Shown here in pieces: positions 45,604 to 54,688 of a stretch of DNA of 64,000 nt. Below the pieces are notes generated by a model. The model did no database searches and had not been told where the DNA came from. It was given only the letters and a program-made list of their open reading frames with translations. How positions within the stretch are numbered: position 1 is the first letter of the stretch; every line of letters begins with the position of its first letter. Origin of the DNA: Bacteroidales bacterium (GTDB lineage: Bacteria; Bacteroidota; Bacteroidia; Bacteroidales; JAADJA01); contig JAGQVE010000011.1 of the NCBI GenBank assembly GCA_020438105.1, forward strand, positions 8,451 to 72,450, in the 5' to 3' direction. Made by a program: the position numbers and the translations under genes.

Positions 45604-46635
45604 TTGAAAAAAAGAATCGTTGATACCTTAAAGATTGTGTTCTTTCTGAGTCTTGGCGCTTTTTTTATTTGGCTATTCATGCACAACCTTACTCCTGAAG
45701 AAAAAAAGGAGATTTACAATTCATTAATTTCTGCAAACTACTGGTGGCTGGCTTTGTCCATCATGTTAGGATTAACAAGCCATTTGAGCCGGGCAGCCAG
45801 ATGGAATATCCTGATCGAACCAATGGGATATAAACCCCGGTTAAGGACAACTTTTTTTGCTGTCATGATCGGTTATCTTGCTAACCTGGCATTACCACGC
45901 CTTGGCGAAGTTTCAAGATGTGGTGTTCTTGCACGATATGAAAAAATACCACTACAAAAGGGGTTTGGAACAGTGATTACCGAACGCACCATCGATCTTA
46001 TCAGTTTGGGATTGGCCTTTTTGATCAATTTCATCATTCATATTGATAAATTCAAACTTTTTCAGGAAACCAGGGTCATTCAAAATATAATCGGAAAGTA
46101 CCAGCAACTCGAGAACCCGGGAATTATATACTGGATATTTTTTGGCATTATCGCGCTTCTCATTTTTATTTTTTACAGAGCCAGACATAAAATTGAACAC
46201 ACCAAATTTTATCAAAAAATCAAAGAGATTATACTTGGGTTTCTGGAAGGGATCAAGTCGCTCACAAAAATCAAAAAACCTTTCTGGTTCATTTTTCATT
46301 CCATTTTTATTTGGATTCTTTACCTAATGATGAGTTGGGTAGTTTTTAATAGTATTGATGAAACCCGCGGTTTGAGCCTGGGCATAGGACTGGCGGTTTT
46401 GGTTTTCGGATCCATTGGCATTGTAGTGGTTCAGGGAGGAATTGGAATTTATCCCTGGATTGTTGCCGAAATATTAGCCCTTTACCATGTTCCTGAAGTA
46501 AAAGGCTATGCCCTGGGATGGCTTTTATGGATCGGGCAAACATTAACCATAGTTATCGTAGGCATTCTTTCATTAACTTTGTTGCCGGTTTTAAATCGCA
46601 ACAAAAATGAATTTTCACAACCTGATCCGGAATAA
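45604..46635 (+). CDS. Flippase-like / lysylphosphatidylglycerol-synthase TM-region (UPF0104) family membrane protein
   Basis: 8 or more TM segments. SRAARWNILIEP...IGYLANLALPRLGEVSRCGVL is the family motif. TTG start; the next ATG would delete TM1. Confidence 0.7.
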   Translation: MKKRIVDTLKIVFFLSLGAFFIWLFMHNLTPEEKKEIYNSLISANYWWLALSIMLGLTSHLSRAARWNILIEPMGYKPRLRTTFFAVMIGYLANLALPRLGEVSRCGVLARYEKIPLQKGFGTVITERTIDLISLGLAFLINFIIHIDKFKLFQETRVIQNIIGKYQQLENPGIIYWIFFGIIALLIFIFYRARHKIEHTKFYQKIKEIILGFLEGIKSLTKIKKPFWFIFHSIFIWILYLMMSWVVFNSIDETRGLSLGIGLAVLVFGSIGIVVVQGGIGIYPWIVAEILALYHVPEVKGYALGWLLWIGQTLTIVIVGILSLTLLPVLNRNKNEFSQPDPE

Positions 46636-47095
46636 AATCATTCCCGAAAACAAACTACCTCAACTTCTGTCATACTGGCGTTTCAAAGGATTTAAAATCG
46701 TTTTTACGAACGGTTGTTTTGATATTTTACACCTCGGACATGTGGATTATCTGAGCAAAGCCCGGTCGCTGGGGGATATTTTGATGATAGGCCTCAATAC
46801 CGACGATTCCGTTACCAGATTGAAAGGGAATGATCGCCCAATTAACAAACAGGAAGCCAGGGCACAAATGCTGGCATCCATGATTTTCGTTGATGCCGTC
46901 GTATATTTTGGCGAAGATACTCCCTATGAATTGATCAAAATTGTTCAACCCGATATACTTGTCAAAGGCAGTGATTATAAACCTGAAGATATTGTTGGGG
47001 CAGATATTGTTTTAGACAAAGGAGGAACCATCGAAACCATCGATTTTTTAGATGGCTACAGCACTTCCGGATTAATTGAAAAACTCAGGAAATAG
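46607..47095 (+). CDS. rfaE: D-glycero-beta-D-manno-heptose-1-phosphate adenylyltransferase (RfaE domain II-like cytidylyltransferase)
   Basis: VFTNGCFDILHLGHVDYL (HxGH), NTDDSV, KGSDY. 162 aa. Overlaps the upstream gene by 29 nt. Confidence 0.8.
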   Translation: MNFHNLIRNKIIPENKLPQLLSYWRFKGFKIVFTNGCFDILHLGHVDYLSKARSLGDILMIGLNTDDSVTRLKGNDRPINKQEARAQMLASMIFVDAVVYFGEDTPYELIKIVQPDILVKGSDYKPEDIVGADIVLDKGGTIETIDFLDGYSTSGLIEKLRK

Positions 47096-47100
47096 AGATT

Positions 47101-48468
47101 ATGTCGAAAACCAAAACTACATTCTTCTGTCAGAATTGTGGGGCCCAGGCACCCAAGTGGATAGGTCGTTGTCCGTCATGTGGCGAATGGAATACGTATG
47201 TTGAAGAAGTGCTGCAGAAGGATACTGGCAAAAACAGATCTCCCATAAAAAGCGATAGTAAAGCCGCCGTTCCACACCTGATTTCGGAAATTGAAGCCGG
47301 GAAAGAAAACAGGATAAATACACTGAATGGCGAACTCAACAGGGTTTTGGGGGGTGGATTGGTAACTGGTTCCCTCGTTTTATTAGGTGGTGAACCGGGA
47401 ATTGGCAAGTCTACCCTGATCTTACAAATTGCTTTAAAACTACAAGGGAAAAAAATCCTGTATGTTACAGGTGAAGAAAGTGAACAACAAATTAAAATAA
47501 GGGCCCAAAGAATAGGTGAAGCCAGTGACAGTTGCTACATTCTGGCCGAAACCAATACCCAACGAATTTTTCAGATCATTGAAAACATGCAGCCACAAAT
47601 GGTTGTGGTTGATTCCATCCAAACATTGCATACCGATGTAATTGAATCATCAGCAGGGAGCATTTCGCAAATCAGGGAGTGTGCTGCTGAATTTCAGAAA
47701 TATGCCAAGATTACCAATACGCCGGTGATCTTAATCGGGCATATTACCAAGGATGGAAGCCTTGCCGGACCAAAATTACTGGAACATATGGTGGATGCTG
47801 TAATTCAGTTTGAGGGTGAACGAAATCATGGTTACCGTATTTTGAGGGCCATTAAAAACAGATTTGGTTCTACTTCAGAACTTGGAATTTATGAAATGTC
47901 GGGCACCGGTCTCAGAGAGGTCATTAATCCTTCTGAAATTTTACTTTCAAACCGTGAGAAAAACCTGAGTGGAATTTCAATTGCCGCGATGATTGAAGGT
48001 GTCAGGCCGATGTTGATCGAAACCCAGGCTTTGGTCAGCAGCGCTTCTTATGGTACTCCCATACGTTCATCAACCGGATTTGATACCAGGCGGTTAAACA
48101 TGCTGCTTGCAGTACTTGAAAAAAGAAGTGGTTTCAGGCTTGGAGCCAAAGACGTGTTTTTAAATATTGCCGGCGGGATCCGGGTGGATGATCCGGCCAT
48201 TGATCTTTCGGTGGTGGTTTCTGTTTTATCCTCCAACGAAGATATCGCCATTGATCAAAATATATGTTTTGCTGGCGAAATAGGTTTATCGGGTGAAGTT
48301 AGGTCGGTTAACAAACTTGAGCCAAGGCTGGCTGAAGCCGATAAACTGGGATTGGAAAAAATATTTGTATCAAAATACAACCTGAAAGGAATACAACAAA
48401 AGGACTATTCCATAGAAATTATTCCTGTGGGCAGAGTGGAAGAAGTTTTTGCCAAATTATTCGGATAA
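47101..48468 (+). CDS. radA: DNA repair protein RadA/Sms
   Basis: N-terminal zinc finger CQNCGAQAPKWIGRCPSCGEWNT, Walker A GGEPGIGKST, KNRFG motif, Lon-like C-terminal domain. Confidence 0.92.
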   Translation: MSKTKTTFFCQNCGAQAPKWIGRCPSCGEWNTYVEEVLQKDTGKNRSPIKSDSKAAVPHLISEIEAGKENRINTLNGELNRVLGGGLVTGSLVLLGGEPGIGKSTLILQIALKLQGKKILYVTGEESEQQIKIRAQRIGEASDSCYILAETNTQRIFQIIENMQPQMVVVDSIQTLHTDVIESSAGSISQIRECAAEFQKYAKITNTPVILIGHITKDGSLAGPKLLEHMVDAVIQFEGERNHGYRILRAIKNRFGSTSELGIYEMSGTGLREVINPSEILLSNREKNLSGISIAAMIEGVRPMLIETQALVSSASYGTPIRSSTGFDTRRLNMLLAVLEKRSGFRLGAKDVFLNIAGGIRVDDPAIDLSVVVSVLSSNEDIAIDQNICFAGEIGLSGEVRSVNKLEPRLAEADKLGLEKIFVSKYNLKGIQQKDYSIEIIPVGRVEEVFAKLFG

Positions 48469-48471
48469 AAA

Positions 48472-48496
48472 AACCCTGACGATAACCGTCAGGGTT
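48472..48496. terminator. Hairpin terminator between convergent radA and the small minus-strand gene
   Basis: AACCCTGACG / CGTCAGGGTT is a perfect 10-bp stem with a 5-nt loop. A-run upstream and T-containing sequence downstream. Confidence 0.55.
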
Positions 48497-48519
48497 GAAT
48501 CTTTGAGTATATCTGTTAA

Positions 48520-48747
48520 CTATTTCTCACTTCTTAATTCGTACACTTTACGGGCACCATAACCCATTGCAAGTGTTGTTAAAATTATTATTCCACCACC
48601 TATTGGCGAACCTCCAACAGGAGTTCCTCCTCCAGTATTTGGATCCCCACCCGGATCCGGTGGAGCATCAGCTAATACTGATCCTGAAATCATCAGGAAT
48701 CCTACCAATAACGCACTTGCAAACGATCTAGAGATAACTTTTTTCAT
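48520..48747 (-). CDS. 75-aa exported Pro/Gly-rich mini-protein with C-terminal TM helix and basic tail (CTERM-sorting-signal-like)
   Basis: Taken from the ATG at 48747. MKKVISRSFASALLVGFLMISGSVLA | DAPPDPGGDPNTGGGTPVGGSPIGGG | IIILTTLAMGYGA | RKVYELRSEK. Confidence 0.5.
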   Translation of the reverse strand: MKKVISRSFASALLVGFLMISGSVLADAPPDPGGDPNTGGGTPVGGSPIGGGIIILTTLAMGYGARKVYELRSEK

Positions 48748-48985
48748 TATAAATGGTTTTGCTTTTAAGTTCAATTTACTTAACATTTTGCCTGATTTTC
48801 AACTTTTTATCTTCTCAAACGCACCAACCATATTAGGCTAAAATCCCAGCAAAAGTAATAATTATTTACAATTATTCCAAATTATGAACTTTTTATACTT
48901 TTTTATTTCTGTGCCAAAAATAGAGATCATCTATCACACACAAATTCACTCAATCAATATTTATTAACGGATTTACTCACAATTG

Positions 48986-49912
48986 TTAATTGTTAAACTT
49001 ATAGGTTATACCAACAGCAAGTAATTGTTTCATTTGCGTACGCGGCCCTACATTACCATCTTTATCAGTAATATTGGTGTTATCGTCATAAACAAGCTGC
49101 AATCCTACTTTTGCAGAAAGGAAACTATTCACTTTCAGGTCAAGCATATTGTCCCAGTTTACATCCACATTTTGTGGATTATCGAGATAATCAGAGAACA
49201 ATTCAAGTTTGGTATTAAAGGAAACATTTTTTACAATTTCTTTTGCAAAAATGAACCTGAAATAAGCACCAAACTCCTGACGAATGGTTTCTCCATCCTG
49301 TGTTTTTATGCCATTTGCATCATAAACTGCTGGTTCAACGCCAAAAGCACCAGCATCAGCCAGATCTTGATCTGTAACAAATATCCATCTTGCGGTAATG
49401 GGCGAAATATAAAATGACATATAATCATAAGGTCTGTATTCCATACCAATACCTGCTGAAAGGTATCCCGGAGCCATAAAATTTGATATTTTTTCGGGGC
49501 CGATGGAATCCACATCATCATGGTAGTCAAATCCTTCAGCAAACTGACTCTTAAAACTCAGGTTCGCTGAATAGTACCATTTTTCAGAAGCCTTCAAACC
49601 ATAGGTTGACAAAAAATCAATTTTGTCTTCATTTTTCCTGTAATCCTGTTCACCGGTTTTTGTTTGTCCATAAGCCAGGTTTAAAATGTTTTCCCATTTC
49701 GATTTTCCTTTTGTATATCCGGCATAAAAATTAAAAAAGCCATTAACAGTGAGGCTATTTTCACCTCCGGAAGCCCAGTTAGAGAATGACGTTTGTGAAA
49801 ACATCAAATTTACATCGCCATTAATTTTCCATGCAGAATCTGCTTTTTGATCCTGCGCATACATCACTCCAGCAATGACAAAGCTGGTGATAACCAATAG
49901 AATTTTTTTCAT
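48986..49912 (-). CDS. Outer-membrane beta-barrel protein (DUF3078-like from memory)
   Basis: Signal peptide. The N-terminal motif W...G...L.FSQ.SFSNWA.GGENS is characteristic of that family. Confidence 0.7.
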   Translation of the reverse strand: MKKILLVITSFVIAGVMYAQDQKADSAWKINGDVNLMFSQTSFSNWASGGENSLTVNGFFNFYAGYTKGKSKWENILNLAYGQTKTGEQDYRKNEDKIDFLSTYGLKASEKWYYSANLSFKSQFAEGFDYHDDVDSIGPEKISNFMAPGYLSAGIGMEYRPYDYMSFYISPITARWIFVTDQDLADAGAFGVEPAVYDANGIKTQDGETIRQEFGAYFRFIFAKEIVKNVSFNTKLELFSDYLDNPQNVDVNWDNMLDLKVNSFLSAKVGLQLVYDDNTNITDKDGNVGPRTQMKQLLAVGITYKFNN

Positions 49913-49940
49913 CTGTTTTTAATTTTAAAAGTGGTTTTAA

Positions 49941-50759
49941 TTATTTTTCGTTATAAATGTGTACATCTCTTTGAGGAAATGGAATGGATATGCCTTCTTT
50001 ATCGAATGCTTTTTTCATTTTCTCAGTTGTATCAAAGAAAATACCCCAATAATCCGAGGCTTCGGCCCAAACGCGAACAACCAAATTTACCGAGCTGTCA
50101 CCCAGTTCAGAAACAGCAATAAATGGCTCAGGATCTTTAAAAATTCTTGAGTCAGTATTGATTACACTTAGTATCACACTTTTTGCCTTATCAATATCAT
50201 CACCATAACCAATTCCAAAAGTAAAATCAACACGCCTGGTCGATTCAGTAGAAAAGTTAGTTAATGATCCTGTTGAGAGGCCTCCATTGGGGATAATAAT
50301 GGTTTTGTTGTCAGGTGTTTTTAACACTGTGTTAAAAATTTGTATATCTTTTACAACTCCAACATATCCCTGGGCGTCAATAACATCACCAACTTTGAAG
50401 GGTTTAAATAATACGATCATAACGCCACCTGCAAAATTTTGAAGTGTGCCGGATAAAGCCATACCTACTGCTAAACCTGCTGCCGCTAAAATGGCAACAA
50501 AGGAGGTCATTTCTACGCCAACCATGCTGATCACACTGATCACCAGCATAATTTTCAATAACATGGTAAGTAAAGATGACAGGAATGTGCGTAACGTAGC
50601 ATCAACATTCCGTTTTTCCATATTTCGGCGGATGGCACCCATCAAAGCTTTAATGATCCATAAACCGATAATAAGGGTTACAATGGCCAGCAGGATTTTT
50701 AATCCATACTTAATCGACAATTCATAAATAGTACCTGCAATATTTTCAAAATCTAACAT
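49941..50759 (-). CDS. MscS-family mechanosensitive channel
   Basis: 3 TM helices, then LFKPFKVGDVI......G.V..I.IFNTVLKTPDNKTIIIPNG. Confidence 0.85.
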   Translation of the reverse strand: MLDFENIAGTIYELSIKYGLKILLAIVTLIIGLWIIKALMGAIRRNMEKRNVDATLRTFLSSLLTMLLKIMLVISVISMVGVEMTSFVAILAAAGLAVGMALSGTLQNFAGGVMIVLFKPFKVGDVIDAQGYVGVVKDIQIFNTVLKTPDNKTIIIPNGGLSTGSLTNFSTESTRRVDFTFGIGYGDDIDKAKSVILSVINTDSRIFKDPEPFIAVSELGDSSVNLVVRVWAEASDYWGIFFDTTEKMKKAFDKEGISIPFPQRDVHIYNEK

Positions 50760-50952
50760 GATAATTTAATTTTATTAAACTGAAATTTTTATGTTCGTTG
50801 ATTAATAATTCTCTTTGGAAAAAACCCGATTTTGGATCGGCAAAGGTACAAATAATTAATTGAGGTAATATTATACCTTTTTATTATTTCACTATAAATT
50901 AACGCACTAAATCTAATTTATTTGATTTATTTCTTGCTTAACACGAAAACAC

Positions 50953-50960
50953 TATTTTTG
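50953..50960 (+). promoter_or_regulatory. -7 promoter box (TATTTTTG)
   Basis: Exact TAnnTTTG match ending 5 nt before the tilS ATG, which implies a leaderless mRNA. Confidence 0.3.
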
Positions 50961-50965
50961 TTTTT

Positions 50966-52303
50966 ATGCAGCAAAGATTTGAAGCATTTATTGGCAAACA
51001 CGGACTTTGTTCAGCCAAAAAGCAGGTGATGCTCTCTGTTAGCGGAGGTATCGACAGTATGGTCATGACTCATTTATTCCTAAAATCGCAATTCCCTTTT
51101 GCTATTGCTCATTGCAACTTTAATTTAAGACAACGCGAAGCGGATGAAGATGAAACATTTGTAAAAAATTTTGCAGTAACAAATAATATCCCCTTTTTCA
51201 GCGCCTCTTTCAACACGCAAAAGCATGCAGAAGATCGTAAGATCTCAATCCAAATGGCTGCGCGTGAGCTCCGTATAAACTGGATTGAAAATTTGATCCT
51301 CCAAAACAACTACGATAGGTATGCTACCGCACATCACCTCGACGACCAAATTGAGACCTTCTTTAATAACCTTCTGAGGGGGACAGGTATTCACGGATTG
51401 CATGGCATTTTGCCGCGGCAGGATAAACTGATTCATCCGATGTTGTTTTGTTACCGGCATGAGATTGAGCAATACGCCACCGACAATAATATTGCTTTTC
51501 GGACCGATAGTTCGAATAATAAAACCGATTATCAGCGTAACAAAATCAGGCACAATTTAATCCCTGTATTTGAAATGATTAAACCTGATTTTAAATGGGT
51601 AATGACCAGGAATATCGAAAACCTGAAGGCTGCTGAAAATGTTTATCAAAACTATATTGATTCGCTCAAAAGAACACTTGTTAAAGAGGAATCAGGATTA
51701 ATAAAAATTGTAAAAAAAGGAATTCTTGATTTGGAAAACAGGGAGTCGGTATTGTTTGAATTGCTCAACCCTTTCGAATTTAATATTTCCCAGGTAAAGT
51801 CAATTATAAAAAATGCAAATATTAGTCAGGGAGCAGTTTTTCAATCAACCACACACCGGCTGGTGATCGATCGGGAATATTTCATTGTAGAGATACACGA
51901 TGAACAAAAAACGGAAGTATATCAGGTAAAAGCTGATGATCAGGAAATTGAGATACCCGTAAAAATGTCGGTAATTTCCTATGAGCATAATTCCGGTATT
52001 GCCATCAATTCATCGCCCTTAATAGCCATGCTTGATGGCGACAAGCTGAAGTTTCCATTAATTCTGAGAAAGTGGCAAAAAGGAGATATTTTTTATCCGC
52101 TTGGCATGTCAAATAAAAAACTGCTGAGTGATTTTTTTATCGATAATAAGTTTTCAATTCCTGAAAAGGATAACACCTGGATACTTGAATCTGACCATCA
52201 AATTGCATGGATTGTTGGGCACAGGATTGATGAGAGGTTTAAAATTACAAATTCAACTAAAAAGGTTTTTGAGTTTAAACTGAAAGGAATTTCAAATGAT
52301 TAA
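50966..52303 (+). CDS. tilS: tRNA(Ile)-lysidine synthetase
   Basis: PP-loop VSGGIDSMV, TAHHLDDQIETF. 445 aa with a TilS C-terminal domain. Confidence 0.88.
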   Translation: MQQRFEAFIGKHGLCSAKKQVMLSVSGGIDSMVMTHLFLKSQFPFAIAHCNFNLRQREADEDETFVKNFAVTNNIPFFSASFNTQKHAEDRKISIQMAARELRINWIENLILQNNYDRYATAHHLDDQIETFFNNLLRGTGIHGLHGILPRQDKLIHPMLFCYRHEIEQYATDNNIAFRTDSSNNKTDYQRNKIRHNLIPVFEMIKPDFKWVMTRNIENLKAAENVYQNYIDSLKRTLVKEESGLIKIVKKGILDLENRESVLFELLNPFEFNISQVKSIIKNANISQGAVFQSTTHRLVIDREYFIVEIHDEQKTEVYQVKADDQEIEIPVKMSVISYEHNSGIAINSSPLIAMLDGDKLKFPLILRKWQKGDIFYPLGMSNKKLLSDFFIDNKFSIPEKDNTWILESDHQIAWIVGHRIDERFKITNSTKKVFEFKLKGISND

Positions 52304-52378
52304 GTCATAATAATTGTTAAATCTGCTGTTAAATAAAGATTCGCTTTGGCTAAAAGCATCTGAAAATATGGATTTGAT

Positions 52379-52386
52379 TACCTTTG
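52379..52386 (+). promoter_or_regulatory. -7 promoter box (TACCTTTG)
   Basis: Exact TAnnTTTG match 76 nt upstream of the ATG at 52463. Confidence 0.3.
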
Positions 52387-52462
52387 CAGGCTTCAATACA
52401 ACCTTCGAAATAGCGGATTTGTCTGTTAATCTTATTGCAGGTTATTAATATTAATTGTGAAC

Positions 52463-54595
52463 ATGAAAAGGACTTTTATAATTCTGTTATTTGTTTCTCT
52501 GATTACCCATGTTTTTGCTCAGGTTTTAGAACCTGTAAAATGGTCATACAATAAAACTGATTTGGGTGATAATAATTGGGAGTTAACTTTTACTGCCAGT
52601 ATTGATGAGCACTGGCACCTATATTCTCAGGAAATTCCTGAGGGAGGACCGGAAAAAACTGCTTTTTATTTTTACGATATTGATGGGTTTGAACTGCTAG
52701 ATAAAAACATTGAAATAATAGAAGAGGAATCGTTTACTGAAGAGAATAATTTAGATTATATCATTCCTTTTACAGAACCCGATGGAATTGAAGAAAATGA
52801 TCCGAACTTCGGTATGGTTGTTACTTATTTTGAGCATGAAGCAAACTTTTCCCGTAAAATTCATCTCACAACGCAGGATCCTCTTTCTGTAAAAGGTTAT
52901 ATTTATTTTATGTGCTGCGACGACAGCAAATGTCTTCCACCAGCTGAAGTTGAATTTGAATTTTTATTCAACGGGGCCAAAACAACCCAAACAGCACAAA
53001 CCGACAATAAAAATCAGGAGGGCTCTGCATTATTTGACAATGCAGATTTTTCGGCACAGGGAGAAAAGGGGAAATACAAAAAAACTACGGTAATTATCAA
53101 GGATAAATCGGTATTGGTGAATGACCTTACCGATAAATCACTTTGGGAACTTTTCTTATTTTCATTCCTTGCCGGATTAGCAGCTATTTTAACACCCTGC
53201 GTTTTCCCCATGATCCCGATGACAGTAAGTTTTTTCATGAAGGACCCCGACAAAAAATCAAAGGGGAAATTACAGGCAATCTCATTCGGATTATCCATAA
53301 TCGCCATTTATACTATTGTTGGTACCATCATAGCCGTAACACTGGGAGTGAATTTTGCCAATTGGCTGAGTACTCACTGGTTACCAAACATATTATTCTT
53401 CCTGATTTTTGTGATTTTCGCAGCATCTTTCTTCGGTATGTTTGAAATAACAATGCCCAGTTGGATGATCAATAAAACCGATGCAAAAGCTGACAAAGGT
53501 GGATTAACCGGGGCTTTCTTTATGGCATTTACCCTGGTGTTGGTATCCTTTTCATGTACCGGTCCGCTGGTTGGGTTAATATTAGTGCAAGCTGCCGGAG
53601 GAGCGTGGCTCGAACCCATTGTCGGCATGCTTGGCTTTTCGCTGGCCTTTGCTTTGCCGTTTACAACATTTGCTTTCTTCCCATCCTGGATGAACAAACT
53701 CCCCAAGTCGGGTGGCTGGCTCAATTCGGTGAAAGTAGTATTGGGGTTTATTGAACTTGCACTCGGATTGAAATTCCTGAGCGTGGCTGACCAAACATAC
53801 CACTGGGGATTGCTTGACAGAGAAGTATACCTGGCCCTATGGATCATCATTTTTATTTTGATGGGAATTTATCTGCTGGGCAAGATCAAATTTGCACACG
53901 ACAGTGATGTAAAATTTATAAGTGTTCCGCGCCTTATGCTGGTAATCGTTACCTTTAGTTTTGTTATTTACCTTATCCCCGGAATGTGGGGTGCACCTCT
54001 GAAAGCGCTGTCGGGATACCTTCCGCCACTTTCTACGCATGATTTTGACCTGGTAAGCATTACACGTGAAAATTCACTCGCAGCTAGCGGTATAGAACAA
54101 GAGTCCTCAATTTGTGAAACTCCCAAGTTTCACGAATTTCTTCACCTTCCACACGGACTTGAAGGTTATTACGATTATGAACAGGGACTAGAATGTGCTA
54201 AAAAACTGAACAAGCCAATATACATTGATTTTACAGGTCATGGTTGTGTTAACTGCCGCGAAATGGAAGCCAATGTATGGTCGGACCCAAGGGTATTAAA
54301 ACGCTTAAAAGAGGATTATGTGATTATCAGTTTATATGTTGATGATAAGACATTACTTCCCGAAAGTGAATGGGTGGAATCATCGGTGGATGGAAAATTG
54401 AAAAAAACCATAGGTAAAGTGTATGCAGATGTTCAGATTTATAATTTCGACATCAATGCACAACCTTATTATGTGCTGCTTAATCATGATGGAGGTTTGC
54501 TTGCCCAACCACGAGCTTATGATCTGGATGTGGAAGCTTTTGTTCAATTCCTTGATGAAGGATTGGATAATTACATGGCAGGGACGCATTTATAA
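52463..54595 (+). CDS. dsbD: Thiol:disulfide interchange protein DsbD-like (N-terminal domain, CcdA-type TM core, C-terminal thioredoxin domain)
   Basis: Signal peptide. TM core with the LTPCVFPMIP and SFSCTGPLVG Cys motifs. C-terminal Trx fold with FTGHGCVNCREME. Confidence 0.85.
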   Translation: MKRTFIILLFVSLITHVFAQVLEPVKWSYNKTDLGDNNWELTFTASIDEHWHLYSQEIPEGGPEKTAFYFYDIDGFELLDKNIEIIEEESFTEENNLDYIIPFTEPDGIEENDPNFGMVVTYFEHEANFSRKIHLTTQDPLSVKGYIYFMCCDDSKCLPPAEVEFEFLFNGAKTTQTAQTDNKNQEGSALFDNADFSAQGEKGKYKKTTVIIKDKSVLVNDLTDKSLWELFLFSFLAGLAAILTPCVFPMIPMTVSFFMKDPDKKSKGKLQAISFGLSIIAIYTIVGTIIAVTLGVNFANWLSTHWLPNILFFLIFVIFAASFFGMFEITMPSWMINKTDAKADKGGLTGAFFMAFTLVLVSFSCTGPLVGLILVQAAGGAWLEPIVGMLGFSLAFALPFTTFAFFPSWMNKLPKSGGWLNSVKVVLGFIELALGLKFLSVADQTYHWGLLDREVYLALWIIIFILMGIYLLGKIKFAHDSDVKFISVPRLMLVIVTFSFVIYLIPGMWGAPLKALSGYLPPLSTHDFDLVSITRENSLAASGIEQESSICETPKFHEFLHLPHGLEGYYDYEQGLECAKKLNKPIYIDFTGHGCVNCREMEANVWSDPRVLKRLKEDYVIISLYVDDKTLLPESEWVESSVDGKLKKTIGKVYADVQIYNFDINAQPYYVLLNHDGGLLAQPRAYDLDVEAFVQFLDEGLDNYMAGTHL

Positions 54596-54620
54596 AATAC
54601 AAATCGTTATAAATAATTGA

Positions 54621-54646
54621 CCGGTTTTTACAAAAGCCGGTTTTTT
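54621..54646 (+). terminator. Rho-independent terminator after dsbD
   Basis: CCGGTTTTT / AAAAGCCGG stem (8 Watson-Crick pairs and 1 G-U), followed by TTTTTTAATTTTT. Confidence 0.55.
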
Positions 54647-54688
54647 AATTTTTATTTTAACTTTGCTGAAATCACAAATAACATCCAC

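Noticed and set aside
45369-45623. 84-aa alternate-frame ORF within panD.
   Set aside because: panD in its annotated frame is near-consensus, so the alternate frame is incidental.
52343-52357. Possible terminator after tilS (GCTTT-ggcta-AAAGC).
   Set aside because: The stem is only 5 bp with no T-run, which is too weak to call.
53374-53850. 158-aa minus-strand ORF inside dsbD. Similar antisense or alternate-frame ORFs occur at 1761-2141, 2385-2741, 14748-15104, 33503-33889, 49025-49417, 62078-62494 and 63116-63541.
   Set aside because: Each is fully embedded in a well-supported gene on the opposite strand or in another frame. Their composition is low-complexity or odd, and none has a recognisable motif. 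They are typical shadow ORFs.
54617-54688. N-terminal 24-codon extension of the FG-GAP/T9SS ORF (ORF-track start at 54617).
   Set aside because: The extension overlaps the dsbD terminator hairpin and T-run (54621-54650). A textbook signal peptide begins at the ATG at 54689.
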